Assembly: GCA_030867685.1 (NCBI GenBank)
Contig: JAQOWU010000008.1
Span: forward strand, 3,410,001 to 3,474,000
Origin: Wickerhamiella versatilis
Lineage: Eukaryota
Length of the DNA stretch: 64,000 nt
Reading direction: 5' to 3'
The position numbers and the translations under genes were made by a program. This document shows positions 1-10,876 of this stretch, in pieces. Position 1 is the first letter of the stretch; every line of letters starts with the position of its first letter. Below the pieces are notes generated by a model. That model was not told the DNA's origin and made no database searches. It saw only the letters and a list, made by a program, of their open reading frames with translations.

Positions 1-2
1 TC

Positions 3-3000
3 AGCATACAGCTAAAAATACTGCAATTGCTCCCTGTATTATTATATGAAAGTGCGGCAGATATGAGTGAGAATGATATTGTCGATCTTTTGCAGGTATG
101 TGCCGCACTTCTTAGCAACAACAGAGTTGCTGTTGTCCATAACACGGCGTATGCAACGCTTCAGCAACTAATCACTGGTGTCTTCGACAGAATTGGTCAG
201 ACATCTGATCAAAGTAAATCACGAGTTTTAGTATTGGATGAAGACGTCTCTTTTAATGTAACTTCTGACGTTTGGGATGCAGCCATGATATTTCTGGATT
301 TGTGTGATATAGCCGAGCATAATGAGCCACGATTCGTGCATTTCAAAGATCTCCCATTGACATTTACCCTTGAGCTGTTGGAGTTGACTCTCACAAATCA
401 AGCAGCTATAATGCATCAAGAGGAGTTTGCATCTATACTTTGTAGGAGGGTATGCCCACTGTTAATACGCTTAAATGCGGAGATATCTGAATTTCCAATT
501 CTTCTCAGAGTTACTCGTATTTTCTACCTATTGTTGCGAACACATCTAGACGTTGTCACCACTGAAGCTGAGGTTATTTTATCCACACTTACGAATTTTG
601 CCGCACAGGGCCCGAGCTGGCGACGGGCCCTCTCACTTGAAGTTTTGCAAGGAATTTTTCTTGAACTAGATCTTGTATCTGATATCTATTCACGTTACGA
701 TGCTGCAAAAGATAAGACTGATATCTTGAAGCACATAATCGATGAGTTCGCCTCGTCTCTGGCGGATGAGTTGCCGCTGGCAGCAGATCGGACAGAATTC
801 ACTTTGAGCCGTAATTCTGCGCTCCGGGTTCCCGTCATAGATTTACTAGATAAATCGGAACCTCCACGTGTTTCTTCAGATTACCTCCTATATTTGAGTG
901 TGAAGTGTATCAACTCCCTTGCGGATGGCCTTGGTAACCTGGCTAACTCTCTTAACGATGGGGCAATTATCCAACAACTTGCCCCTTCACTACTACCATG
1001 TTTTGCTATTGCAATCGGTGCTAGCGTTGGCTTAGATTTTTATCGTCCAATTGTTAGAGCCGTGCAGCGCACCGCTCACGCTGCTGGTGTTTGGGGGCTG
1101 AATACGATACGCGACGATTACACGAGACTACTATCTCAGTCAATTAGTGTTGATGAAGACCATGAGAGTAGCGAATTGCCTAGAGCATCTCTTTGTGCAC
1201 GAGCACTGTTCAATTTGGGCTTTGCCTTGGGCAATCAACTTGGAGGTTCGTGGTCCCTTATTACGGATACAATCAACCGTCTTGACTCTCAAATTAATTT
1301 TTCCAACCCAAGCCTAGAAAATTTGCTTGGCAATGAAGAAAAATATGCTCCTATTGAGCATGGATTGAGAAAGCTTTTGGACCAAAGCCCCCAGCTGTCG
1401 GACGATGCAGTTGCCGAGCTTCTACGGGCGCTAGGCACAGACCGTATGATTGATTTTGTTCTGCAAGAGTATTTAGTTTCTGTTGATCCTGGTCGGTTTT
1501 CAGATCCGGATACCGGACTCTGGCAGACATTATCTGAGGTATTTCTGAGCCAGCTAAATGGTGATAAAGCAAATGAGGCAGCTAAGACACTTAATAGAGC
1601 CTCAATGATGGCGATAGCCGCCGTTGAGGTTCCTGAAGGGTATGCCATGATTGTCGATTCAATCTGTAAGGAGATAGAGTGTACAAGTGATGGTATACAG
1701 GCAGAAGCTCTCGCTCATCTCTATGTGTTATTAGATCAATATGGTGCCAGGTTGCAAGGAGCAGGTTGGGCTGAAATGTTTTCTGTTTTTGCATACTGCT
1801 CTGAAAATGCCAACAATCCCACTCTGGTCAAGAATGCGTTCCGTGCGGTGGAACTTGTTTGTACAGACTTTCTCGAGAATTTACCTTATCCTCGCGTATT
1901 CGAGCTGACTCTCTGTCTTGATCGTTTTTCGAGACAACAGAGTGACCTAAACACTTCTCTTGCGGCGACTTCTTTATTTTGGCCAGTTTGTGATCACCTG
2001 ATGCGTGAGAAGTGCGATTCCGACGTCCCAGATGTACATTCTGAGTCGGAATTAGTCGCAGCAGCACGATCAGGACCGGCTAAACGACCGGCCTTGTGGC
2101 TGCTTGCACAAATCAAACTGGCTCAAATTGCGGCGTCTATTCCACAACATCAAGCCCGCATCGGTGCAATTCATATTTTTTTCCGATTGTTTGCGTCACA
2201 TGGGAATAAGCTGCCATTGAATGCATGGAATGTTGCTCACAGGCTCACTTTTCCTGCTTTGTTGGCCATAGATCCAGGAAAAGATGGCATTGCAGAGCGT
2301 GATGAAACCCTGGGGCTCTTAATTGAAGGACTGGGACAAATATGGAAGGAACATATGAAAGTTTTCCGAAGCCTTTCTGGGTTTGATAAGCATTGGAAAG
2401 CACTACTAAATTACTTCAATAATGTTGCGTGCATCACTCCGGCAGCAGCAACTTTGTGCTATCGTACTCTAGGTGACTTGCTGCAGCTGGCCGATGGCCA
2501 AGCTGTCAGTGGTGCGTGGGACTTCTGGACCAAACAGCAAACCAGGCCAAATTTTTCTAACCGCAGAGCAACTGCGGAAGCATTGACGGCTCTTGTTGGG
2601 CTTTATGTACCGCTGTCCAGACTGAAGAAACCATCTGCATCAGAACAAGATGAAGCGCTAAAATTCATAGCAGATTGCGGCTATTTTCCAGTGAAAGGGG
2701 CCTTGCAAGAAGAAATTGAGAATGTGCTTCCTCTCTTTTCAGGACCAACTTATTTAGCCACGCTTGCTAAATTTGCTGTACTACCTTTAGATGACGAAGA
2801 GGGTGAGCAGTTTGAGGAAATTGGTAACTGGGCCCTTCATCAATTGCTGGAATTACAGACTGCAGAGATTGGTGGCTCCGAAGAGGCTGCCTTCTTACTT
2901 CAAAGCTCTCTCCGTGTAATGCAGGCTGGTGATCGGTCTAGTGCCACAGACTTATATCTTCGCCTCCTTAGTGAGACACCTTCGAATCTACGCGGTAAGT

Positions 3001-3524
3001 TCGTTGTTAAGGGTGTGGAGACTTTGCTCGTAGGACCAAGTGAAAGCACCCAACTGAAAGACATAGAGGCTTTGGATGCTGTACTTAATCTATCCTTGGA
3101 TTTGAGCCCAAGTGAATGGCAATCTGTTATCAGAAATATAGCAGGATTTAGTCTTATATATGAAAGGGGGCGGCCAGGTTTTGATGAACTGAGCTTTGAT
3201 GATGAGTTAGTCCTTCGCTTCGGGTCGGTGAAAGTCCCTCGACCACTGCCTCGTCAAAAAGTAGCCTATCATTGTTTAGGTCTGTTGCCATCTCTCAGTG
3301 CAGAGGATTTTGAAAAAAGAGCACGCGGTGCTCTACTTCAATTTATTGGTGACTCAAAATTGAGAAGTAAAGAGCCTTTGAGAAAAATAATGCGCGACGA
3401 GCTAATATATATTTTACAAAGACTATTGGAACCTCCACCAGGGCTTCGAGAATTACTCATTGAGTGCGTTTCCACCCATGATCGAGATATCCAAAGCTTA
3501 GCGCGTGAAAAATTATTATCTTAA
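3..3524 (+). CDS. MON2: Mon2 endosomal/Golgi ARM-repeat scaffold (5' end outside window)
   Basis: Frame is open to the window edge (SIQLKILQLLP). Motifs NTAYATLQQL, W-RALSLEV, LLDKSEPP and DLNTSLAATSLFW are typical of Mon2. Confidence 0.85.
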   Translation, partial: SIQLKILQLLPVLLYESAADMSENDIVDLLQVCAALLSNNRVAVVHNTAYATLQQLITGVFDRIGQTSDQSKSRVLVLDEDVSFNVTSDVWDAAMIFLDLCDIAEHNEPRFVHFKDLPLTFTLELLELTLTNQAAIMHQEEFASILCRRVCPLLIRLNAEISEFPILLRVTRIFYLLLRTHLDVVTTEAEVILSTLTNFAAQGPSWRRALSLEVLQGIFLELDLVSDIYSRYDAAKDKTDILKHIIDEFASSLADELPLAADRTEFTLSRNSALRVPVIDLLDKSEPPRVSSDYLLYLSVKCINSLADGLGNLANSLNDGAIIQQLAPSLLPCFAIAIGASVGLDFYRPIVRAVQRTAHAAGVWGLNTIRDDYTRLLSQSISVDEDHESSELPRASLCARALFNLGFALGNQLGGSWSLITDTINRLDSQINFSNPSLENLLGNEEKYAPIEHGLRKLLDQSPQLSDDAVAELLRALGTDRMIDFVLQEYLVSVDPGRFSDPDTGLWQTLSEVFLSQLNGDKANEAAKTLNRASMMAIAAVEVPEGYAMIVDSICKEIECTSDGIQAEALAHLYVLLDQYGARLQGAGWAEMFSVFAYCSENANNPTLVKNAFRAVELVCTDFLENLPYPRVFELTLCLDRFSRQQSDLNTSLAATSLFWPVCDHLMREKCDSDVPDVHSESELVAAARSGPAKRPALWLLAQIKLAQIAASIPQHQARIGAIHIFFRLFASHGNKLPLNAWNVAHRLTFPALLAIDPGKDGIAERDETLGLLIEGLGQIWKEHMKVFRSLSGFDKHWKALLNYFNNVACITPAAATLCYRTLGDLLQLADGQAVSGAWDFWTKQQTRPNFSNRRATAEALTALVGLYVPLSRLKKPSASEQDEALKFIADCGYFPVKGALQEEIENVLPLFSGPTYLATLAKFAVLPLDDEEGEQFEEIGNWALHQLLELQTAEIGGSEEAAFLLQSSLRVMQAGDRSSATDLYLRLLSETPSNLRGKFVVKGVETLLVGPSESTQLKDIEALDAVLNLSLDLSPSEWQSVIRNIAGFSLIYERGRPGFDELSFDDELVLRFGSVKVPRPLPRQKVAYHCLGLLPSLSAEDFEKRARGALLQFIGDSKLRSKEPLRKIMRDELIYILQRLLEPPPGLRELLIECVSTHDRDIQSLAREKLLS

Positions 3525-3562
3525 TTTATTTCTTTTCACAATTGTTTTTTGTTAAGAGATCG

Positions 3563-6500
3563 CTAATGTCTCCAAGCTTCAAGCTCCCGATCGTGCTGAA
3601 ACTCGCGCCATCTCTTCATTACAATTTGGCTCCAGTCAAATTCTCCTTTGGCCTCGTCGTGGCCACCTTTATCACCGCCTTCAAGCTTTCGAGTGTCGCC
3701 CCAAGAAAAGTCATCAAATTTCCAATATGAATACATGGGAAGAACGAAGTTCCAAATCGGTAGAGCCAATAAATAAATTAACATCCAGACAATATATGAG
3801 GCCCGAGTTGCTGTGACAATGATAAGTACTCCTGGAAGCCCAAGTATAAGGGCTAGCAAAATTAACGACATTGTAGGGGTAGGCGTCGACACAATTGCAA
3901 TTATAACAACGTAGAGAGTGAATGTTATAGCAGCTGGTAGTACCGAGGTTGATACGAGGTCCACGAATACCACGAATTGCATTGACACCAGAAAAACACC
4001 ACATAGGTCGCGTACCAAGACAAGTTCCATGAGATTATGGATTGTCGAATTAATCCAGCGACGCCTTTGAGACAATAAAACCTTGAACTCGTCAGGAACC
4101 ACGGTCTTACATGCGGCCTTTGGTACAAATACCATTTTTCGTTTTGGAAAGGTTTTGAGCATTAAAGTAGACAGAAACCGATCTTCACCCAGTAGTAGAA
4201 GGTTTTTCTTGTGGAGTGTATCAACGACATTGTCCGAGTATCTTTCCACAATGTCTGGATTACACAAAATAGGTACCCAGTAGCCCTGCGCACCCTTGGG
4301 TGACTTGATTCGATACATGCTAAAGCACCCAGGAAGACACGTAACTCCACCAAAAACGGATTCAAATGCTTTAGCTTGATGATGGCTTATGAAGTATTCA
4401 AAAACTTGAATTTTTGTAACCCAGGATTGCATCTTATTCGCGATTTTAGTCTCTCCACAAAGACCCATTATTTCGGGGTCCTTTACCATCTCTGCGATCA
4501 TGTGTGTTAAACTATCAGGATAAACTTTTGTGTCAGCGTCAACCATTAGAAGCATTTCATAGAAGTCAGGTGCGATGCCTGTTACACTTCTGATACCATT
4601 GAATATTTCGAAGTCAAGCTCGGTCATGCGTTCGTCGAACATGACTCGTTGCAAAAAGTTCATCAGTATAATTTGTGAATCGCGCTTTCCGCGATTGCCT
4701 GGTTTTGCCGCCATTGTCTCCGCAGGTGTCCCGCATTTAACTATCAGAACTACCGGAACACGTTGTTGCAGACTTGGGTCGACTGTGTCATTATCGTACT
4801 TGTAAAATCCTGCATATACCTTTGCCATATTATGGCGTTTTGTTCCTGTCACAACGGAGACATAAGAGTATGGCTTCACATCCTCTGGGGGCTCAGAGAA
4901 GTCGTGTATCATTGAAAGGCATATTTCGGGAGTTGACATGCTATTTCCACTTCCTTTGATGATTCCGTCGCATACAATGACTATAAGTTTGTGTGAATTT
5001 GGATATTCAGTCGTACAAATGGAATCCAGAGTAGTTCTTAACCCCTCAACACTTTCTGAATATGCAGTTACCATGCATATTGCATGTGCCAGGGGAAATC
5101 CTCGAGGCTGGAAGTCCAACGGGGGCTGGGGGACAAGATAATCTGAAAAACTTCCTACAGGTCCCGAAACCTCTCCTTCAGTGGTTGCAAGTTCCTGACG
5201 AGATGACGTAGGACTATTGAGAAGTTGGTAATTGTTACTTGTCATTGCCAGTGTGGGGGGAGGTGTAAAATCCTGCAATGATACTGCTTCACACTGAGAA
5301 TTATCGTTCTCTGTGGTAGTATTGCTCTTATCTATATCGTTGATAAGTGTCGCCTTGCTTCCATAGATGCTTTTGCGTACTAATGGTACGTTGTGGATGC
5401 TTCCACCGGGTGCCACACGGCTTCGGCTCATGCTTGGATTTTGTGTTGACATGGTTATTCCAGAGGCTCGATTAGGATCGATGTATGGCGTTGTGAGTTT
5501 CTCAAGTATTACAGAATTACGCTTATTCGGCTGCGGGCGTCCTGAAAATGCTGAAGGGTTATAATTGCCATTCGACCAGTCCTCAATATGTCCATCATGC
5601 TCATTGAACGCGCTAGGTGATACCTCACTAGCGCCTTGCTTGCGAGCAATGAAAAATCGAAAATAGCAAGCGAGAATAAATTTCGCCGCAACGAGTCCGA
5701 CAATGAAAACTAACGACATATAGAGCACCACTGAACTAGCGAGACAGCCAATACTGTCAGTGTCAATCTCTCCAACCTTGGTTAGTTCCCTCAAACACAT
5801 CATTGACTGCCTCCCTTGGCCATAACTAAAATTCTGTGATATGTCATGTCCTCTGAAAGAATCATTTCTCAAAGTATCAAAGATGTCTGGATATGTTAGC
5901 TGGTCAACCAAGATGTGGTCAAGGTAATTGAGGTTTAAAACATCGCCATTGTACACGACGAGATTGCTCTCAGATTTATTTAGGTCATCCCAGGTGAAAT
6001 AGACAATTGCAGTTTTATTAGCATTCTTGTACAGCTCTTGTCGACCTTTTTGTGAAGTGTGGCATCCCCATCCATCATATAGTTCAATACTGGAATTTTG
6101 TAGCATGCTCGTATGTGAAACAAGTGAGTTATTGTTGGTATCTATGGCATTGCAGGGGAAATACCAGGCCATTTCGTCTCCACGTGTAGGTATAGTTGTA
6201 TTGTCGCGTGGTTTTATAAGGCCTTTGCAATGGCCATTCACATTTTGAAATAGAAAGCTTGCGTCTTTCCCACCAGCATTCACTGGTGGATACAATATGG
6301 GAGAATTATCTTCAATACCGAGGACACCAGGATGCTCATACGATCCGAAATTGTAAACGTTCCCAAAAATTATGATATTATCATTTGGAACATTGCCTGC
6401 ATGTATGCGGATGTCGTTATTGCTGCAGACACTTTGCGTAAATCCAAAAGTGAGGTAGCCGACAAATGCACCGAGCATTAGAACGCACGAGATTAGTCCT

Positions 6501-7344
6501 ATTTTTTCCCGCCAGGCCATTTGTCTCTCGGGAGTTTTCATTCCAAATGGTCGCATCATAGCTGGTAAGACTGGAAATGTCAATAGCCGGCAGTACCAAT
6601 TCCATAGTGAGACACCACCTTCTTTGGGCATATATGGTTTGCGCCTAGAGAAAGCTGGATTGGTTTCGATGCACTCCTTGCTTTCTGAAGGCTTTTCTGG
6701 GTTTTCAAGGGGGGTAAACTCAGGCTGGTTTAGATAACTAGTAAATCCTTGGGGATGCTGAGGGGCTCGATGGAGACTTGTCGTCGAAATATCTTCTGGG
6801 GCATTAAGCTGTGTACCTTCATCAATACCTGGGACCGAGACATCAGAGCCCTCGCTTCCGTCAAGCTCCCTCTCAGATGCTGAGTACCACCCTGAATCTT
6901 CAAGCCCATCAGGCCCCTCACCACCTTCTTCGCCTTCTACCTTCACCTCATTACTTTCAACATTTGGTTGTTCGTCAATGTTCTTTTGGCTTCTCCCGTC
7001 AGCCTCCTCGGCCTCATGCAAATCTTTATTTTTTTTCCGCCACCATGAATATCCGTCAAAATTTCATGTAAATGCTCCCTTTTTGATCCTGATCTCACGG
7101 GTACCGACGCACTTTTTGAAATAAAAGGGTCGTTACCAGTATTCGATGATTGTATACGAAGTCTACCACTTTGCTGGCTTGCTACTTGCTGATAGTAGAA
7201 TTGAGGGTGATCTGGTCCAATGCGCTGGCGCTCTGGACGCACAAGCGAACGACTCCGTTTAATATCCGCACCTGGTGTTGTATCAGTGATTAGCTGCTGC
7301 TCAATGTCATCAGACATAATTGAACTCATGTTACCTTGGTCCAT
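3563..7344 (-). CDS. CHS3: Class IV chitin synthase, encoded in two overlapping frames (-1 shift near 7029-7036)
   Basis: Main ORF has LLLGEDRFL, SQRRRW and DDFSWGDTR. The upstream ORF 6943-7356 carries the Chs3 N-terminal motif RSRSLVRPERQRI..HPQFYY..SNTGNDP. Start codon uncertain (7344, 7329 or 7317). Confidence 0.9.
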
Positions 7345-7465
7345 AGTCCAGCGCAAATTTTATACAGTCCTAACCTAACCATGTAAGGGATATGGGATAT
7401 ACTTAAACCACCATTTTAGCTACGATTATATAATCATAACGCGCGTTTCATCACAAATATCTATT

Positions 7466-8515
7466 TTAAGCAATATCCTGGTAATAAAGAACATATTCCT
7501 TTTTCACTTTTTCCCAGGAAACGGGGTCAAAAAATATATATATGCCAGATTCAGCCCGGTTTCCTGTTTGAATTGGTTCACTAAGGGGATCTTTCGTGAG
7601 CCAAAGCTTGAGTTCTTTGTGATAGCGCCAATTACGATTAGTGAGCTCCATTGCAACGGCTTCTTGCATAGCATCACTTGGCATTGTGTAAAATATATAA
7701 AAAAGCGTCTCTTCATTCAGGCTTTGCAGCTTCTGCTGCTGAGGTACCACATTACGAATATTATAGCATTCTGGTAGCTGAAAATCAGGAATTACGTTGT
7801 ATTTTGATGTCTCTAACCAGGGACTTGTAAAACTTCGTCCAATATTTTCCGCAGATGCCAGTGAAAGACCTGCCTGTCTCAAATCACCACCTACGGCCAC
7901 ACCAGCTAGTGGATGTCGGAAACCGCTTGGACCACCAAGTATTCCTGAAAGAGACTTAAGGCCATACCGGTCACTATCAGTAGCCTGACGGGTATCAGGG
8001 ACTGGCTGCCCCTTCGAACTTCCTAACCGTGGCATTGAAACAGAAGGTTGTGGTTTTTGATGATGCTGCATCCCCTGTTGTGCAACCTGTGCAAAGGTAG
8101 GATGTTGTTTGGCGGCCGGCTTGACACCATTAATCCCTGGTGGTGGTCCTGGAATTGGTGCTGGTGCCGCTGCGGCTGCTGCTGCTGCTGTCGTCGTAAC
8201 TGCTGCTTGAGGGCCTATGGGGCCAGGTGCATGGGGAGTTGCCATATGCGGTTGAGGAGGTGCTTGGTGTACTTGGTTATGTGAACCTAGCCTTGGAAGG
8301 CTCGGTAAGTTTAGAGCAGGGGTCGTGGGCGTGTCCTGGCTGGTGGTGCTGGGTGCTGCGACTGGTGACGAAACCGTCGAACTATCCATTAAACCACCCA
8401 AATTCTGATTGATTTTCCAAGGTGTATTTGCATTATATGGTGCCTTTTGCAGTGGCTGTTGCCGCTGGGGCTGCTGAGGTTGTGTCGCAGGCACCCGTGA
8501 TGATATTCGGCTCAT
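7466..8515 (-). CDS. CDC36: CCR4-NOT subunit Not2
   Basis: C-terminal NOT box EETLFYIFY..ELTNRNWRYHKELKLWL; Q/P/A low-complexity N-terminus. Confidence 0.85.
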   Translation of the reverse strand: MSRISSRVPATQPQQPQRQQPLQKAPYNANTPWKINQNLGGLMDSSTVSSPVAAPSTTSQDTPTTPALNLPSLPRLGSHNQVHQAPPQPHMATPHAPGPIGPQAAVTTTAAAAAAAAPAPIPGPPPGINGVKPAAKQHPTFAQVAQQGMQHHQKPQPSVSMPRLGSSKGQPVPDTRQATDSDRYGLKSLSGILGGPSGFRHPLAGVAVGGDLRQAGLSLASAENIGRSFTSPWLETSKYNVIPDFQLPECYNIRNVVPQQQKLQSLNEETLFYIFYTMPSDAMQEAVAMELTNRNWRYHKELKLWLTKDPLSEPIQTGNRAESGIYIFFDPVSWEKVKKEYVLYYQDIA

Positions 8516-8692
8516 ATAGTTGTTTTCTCCTGCTTACTTCAGCTTCAGACCAAATGATGCACCGGACCCCTTACCTCGTAACAAGGCCATAGTAGTGAGC
8601 TGATAATGCTAAAGCTCAGTATACAGAAGCAATTCACCTAGTCTAATGAAGTTTCCACGTTACTTTCGCCTGAAGCTGGTCTGCTTTTCAAT

Positions 8693-8698
8693 CACGTG
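8693..8698. promoter_or_regulatory. E-box CACGTG (Cbf1/Pho4-type) in NOT2/FAP7 divergent promoter
   Basis: ATCACGTGAT palindrome. The same core occurs at 46163, 48712 and 58746, all in promoters. Confidence 0.45.
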
Positions 8699-8736
8699 AT
8701 ATCTTGATTATTCCCCATTGTGACAACAAGTGGAGA

Positions 8737-9315
8737 ATGGTGCTTCGAAGGCAGGCCAACATTATCATCACAGGTACCCCAGGTACTGGCAAAACTAGTC
8801 ATGCACAACTGCTACAAGAACAACTTCCGGAGCTAAAGGTAGTCGATGTGAAGTCTGTCGCCAAGGAGAACGGCTGCATTACCGGCTATGACGACGAAAG
8901 GAAGTGTGACATTATCGACGAGGATTTACTGGTTGATGCACTGGAGGACGACCTGGATCGCGGTAACCAAGTAATTGACTGGCACGTTTGTGATGTATTT
9001 CCCGAACGTGTGATTGATCTTGTGGTGGTACTCCGCACTGAGAATTCTGTCCTATATGATCGTCTGAAGGAACGAAAATATCCAGAAAAGAAGATTTCCG
9101 AGAACATTGATGCCGAGATCATGGAGGTCATCCTAAATGATGCTCGTGAACAGTATGATGAGAACGTCATCGTGGAACTCGACTCTAACAAGGTGGAAGA
9201 TGTCCAGGCCAATGTCGATCGGATTGTCGGCTGGCTAAAGGCCTGGAGAGACGACAACCCGGATGGAATACAAAATTTCGCCATGCCGTCTGACTCGGAC
9301 TCGGACTCAGATTAA
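8737..9315 (+). CDS. FAP7: Adenylate kinase 6 / 40S maturation factor
   Basis: NIIITGTPGTGKT P-loop, DWH motif, ENIDAEIM; first ATG at 8737. Confidence 0.92.
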   Translation: MVLRRQANIIITGTPGTGKTSHAQLLQEQLPELKVVDVKSVAKENGCITGYDDERKCDIIDEDLLVDALEDDLDRGNQVIDWHVCDVFPERVIDLVVVLRTENSVLYDRLKERKYPEKKISENIDAEIMEVILNDAREQYDENVIVELDSNKVEDVQANVDRIVGWLKAWRDDNPDGIQNFAMPSDSDSDSD

Positions 9316-9327
9316 ACTTCTTTAAGC

Positions 9328-10617
9328 CTATAGCAGCGATAGTAGATTGTCTAGAACCTTCACTGCACGCGCACATTCAGCATGTGTGTTGTACAGAGCA
9401 GATGGTGCCCAGCGAATGACATTCGGTTTTCTCTCATCACCAATAATGCCGGCCTGTTCCAGTTGGTTTAAAAGAGAGTCAAGGATGTCTCCAAAGAATA
9501 TTAGGGATAATTGGCTGCCACGTTCCTCTTCATTTTCAGGTGTCATTATTTCAAATTTTGTATTGTAATGCGGTGAACTCCGTAGGAGCTCATAGAGGTA
9601 GCTCGTAAGACTTCGAGCCCGTCTTGTGACTTTACTCATTCCTCCAGCTACTTCGATAGCATCCAAGCTGGTATGCATACATACTGGACCAAATAGGCAT
9701 ACGTTGGATTGACTAAAACCTCTTGCCCCATGAATTGGCGAGAATTCATGTTTCATCTCAAATCTCTCAGACTCGTCAACACCCCACCATCCAGCTGGTC
9801 GTGGGCGGTTATCTGAATTGACGCGATCATGTACAAAAAGACCTCCAAGATTACCAGGACCACAATTCAGATACTTGTAAGAACAGAATACAGCAAAATC
9901 TACATCCCAGTCATGAAGCCGAAGCTCTACATTTCCCGAAGCGTGCGCAAGGTCCCATCCTACAACACATCCCTGTTTGTGTGCTTCTGCCGTTATTCGT
10001 GGGATATCAAATAATTGACCAGTGTAGAATTGTATGGCAGAAAAACAAACGACGCTTATTTCTGGACCTCGCTGCCGAATAATATCGATAATATCCTCTG
10101 TTCTTAAGGTGTACTCACCTGAACGGGGACGCGCTAGAATAATATCTTCCTTTGGCTCCCTGTGTTGTAATCTCACCTGATTTTGAAAGCAATAATTATC
10201 CGAAGGAAAGGCCTTGGACTCACACAATATCTTTGTACGACTCCCATGGGGCCTATAAAATGCGGAAAGTAACGCATTAAGATTAGCCGTCAATGTTCCA
10301 CCAAACGCAATTTCGGAGTCATTACATCCAAAAACAATTCGAGCCAGTCTTTTGCTCACATCGACATCATTGGTCACCCACGGGATTCCGCCATCATCCC
10401 TCGAGTGATGTCCAAACACCCCCCGATCAGCCCAGCAGTCAAGCTCACGGATTATGGCTTGCCTCGTGGCTTTAGGCATTAGTCCGAGAGAATTACCACA
10501 AAAATAGACTACCTCCTCATCCGTGCTGCCAAGTCCCATTGACTTCAATGTTGGAATGTCAAATAGCTTTCGTTGGCTGGGGTATTGTTCATCCAAATCC
10601 GTGGCACGCGACGACAT
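9328..10617 (-). CDS. BNA5: Kynureninase (de novo NAD synthesis)
   Basis: YFCGNSLGLMP, GWDLAHASGN, CSYKYLN PLP-lysine motif. Confidence 0.95.
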   Translation of the reverse strand: MSSRATDLDEQYPSQRKLFDIPTLKSMGLGSTDEEVVYFCGNSLGLMPKATRQAIIRELDCWADRGVFGHHSRDDGGIPWVTNDVDVSKRLARIVFGCNDSEIAFGGTLTANLNALLSAFYRPHGSRTKILCESKAFPSDNYCFQNQVRLQHREPKEDIILARPRSGEYTLRTEDIIDIIRQRGPEISVVCFSAIQFYTGQLFDIPRITAEAHKQGCVVGWDLAHASGNVELRLHDWDVDFAVFCSYKYLNCGPGNLGGLFVHDRVNSDNRPRPAGWWGVDESERFEMKHEFSPIHGARGFSQSNVCLFGPVCMHTSLDAIEVAGGMSKVTRRARSLTSYLYELLRSSPHYNTKFEIMTPENEEERGSQLSLIFFGDILDSLLNQLEQAGIIGDERKPNVIRWAPSALYNTHAECARAVKVLDNLLSLL

Positions 10618-10876
10618 ATGTTAGATTTTATTTCGTAAGCTGACATGTATGCCTCCATCCTACAAAAACTCTTTACCCTATAATCAATCAGAGCTTTATA
10701 AATTTATACAATTACATTGAGTATTGATTCCCTTTTTGAGGTAGATTCTCCTTCTCCCAGCAAGAAGAGAGGTCCTTTTAGATAATACATTATTGGATCC
10801 AAAAGTATCCTCGTATGAGCATTGCAATCATAATATCAAAATGATATATTTTATTTATACGTAAATAAGTACATAC

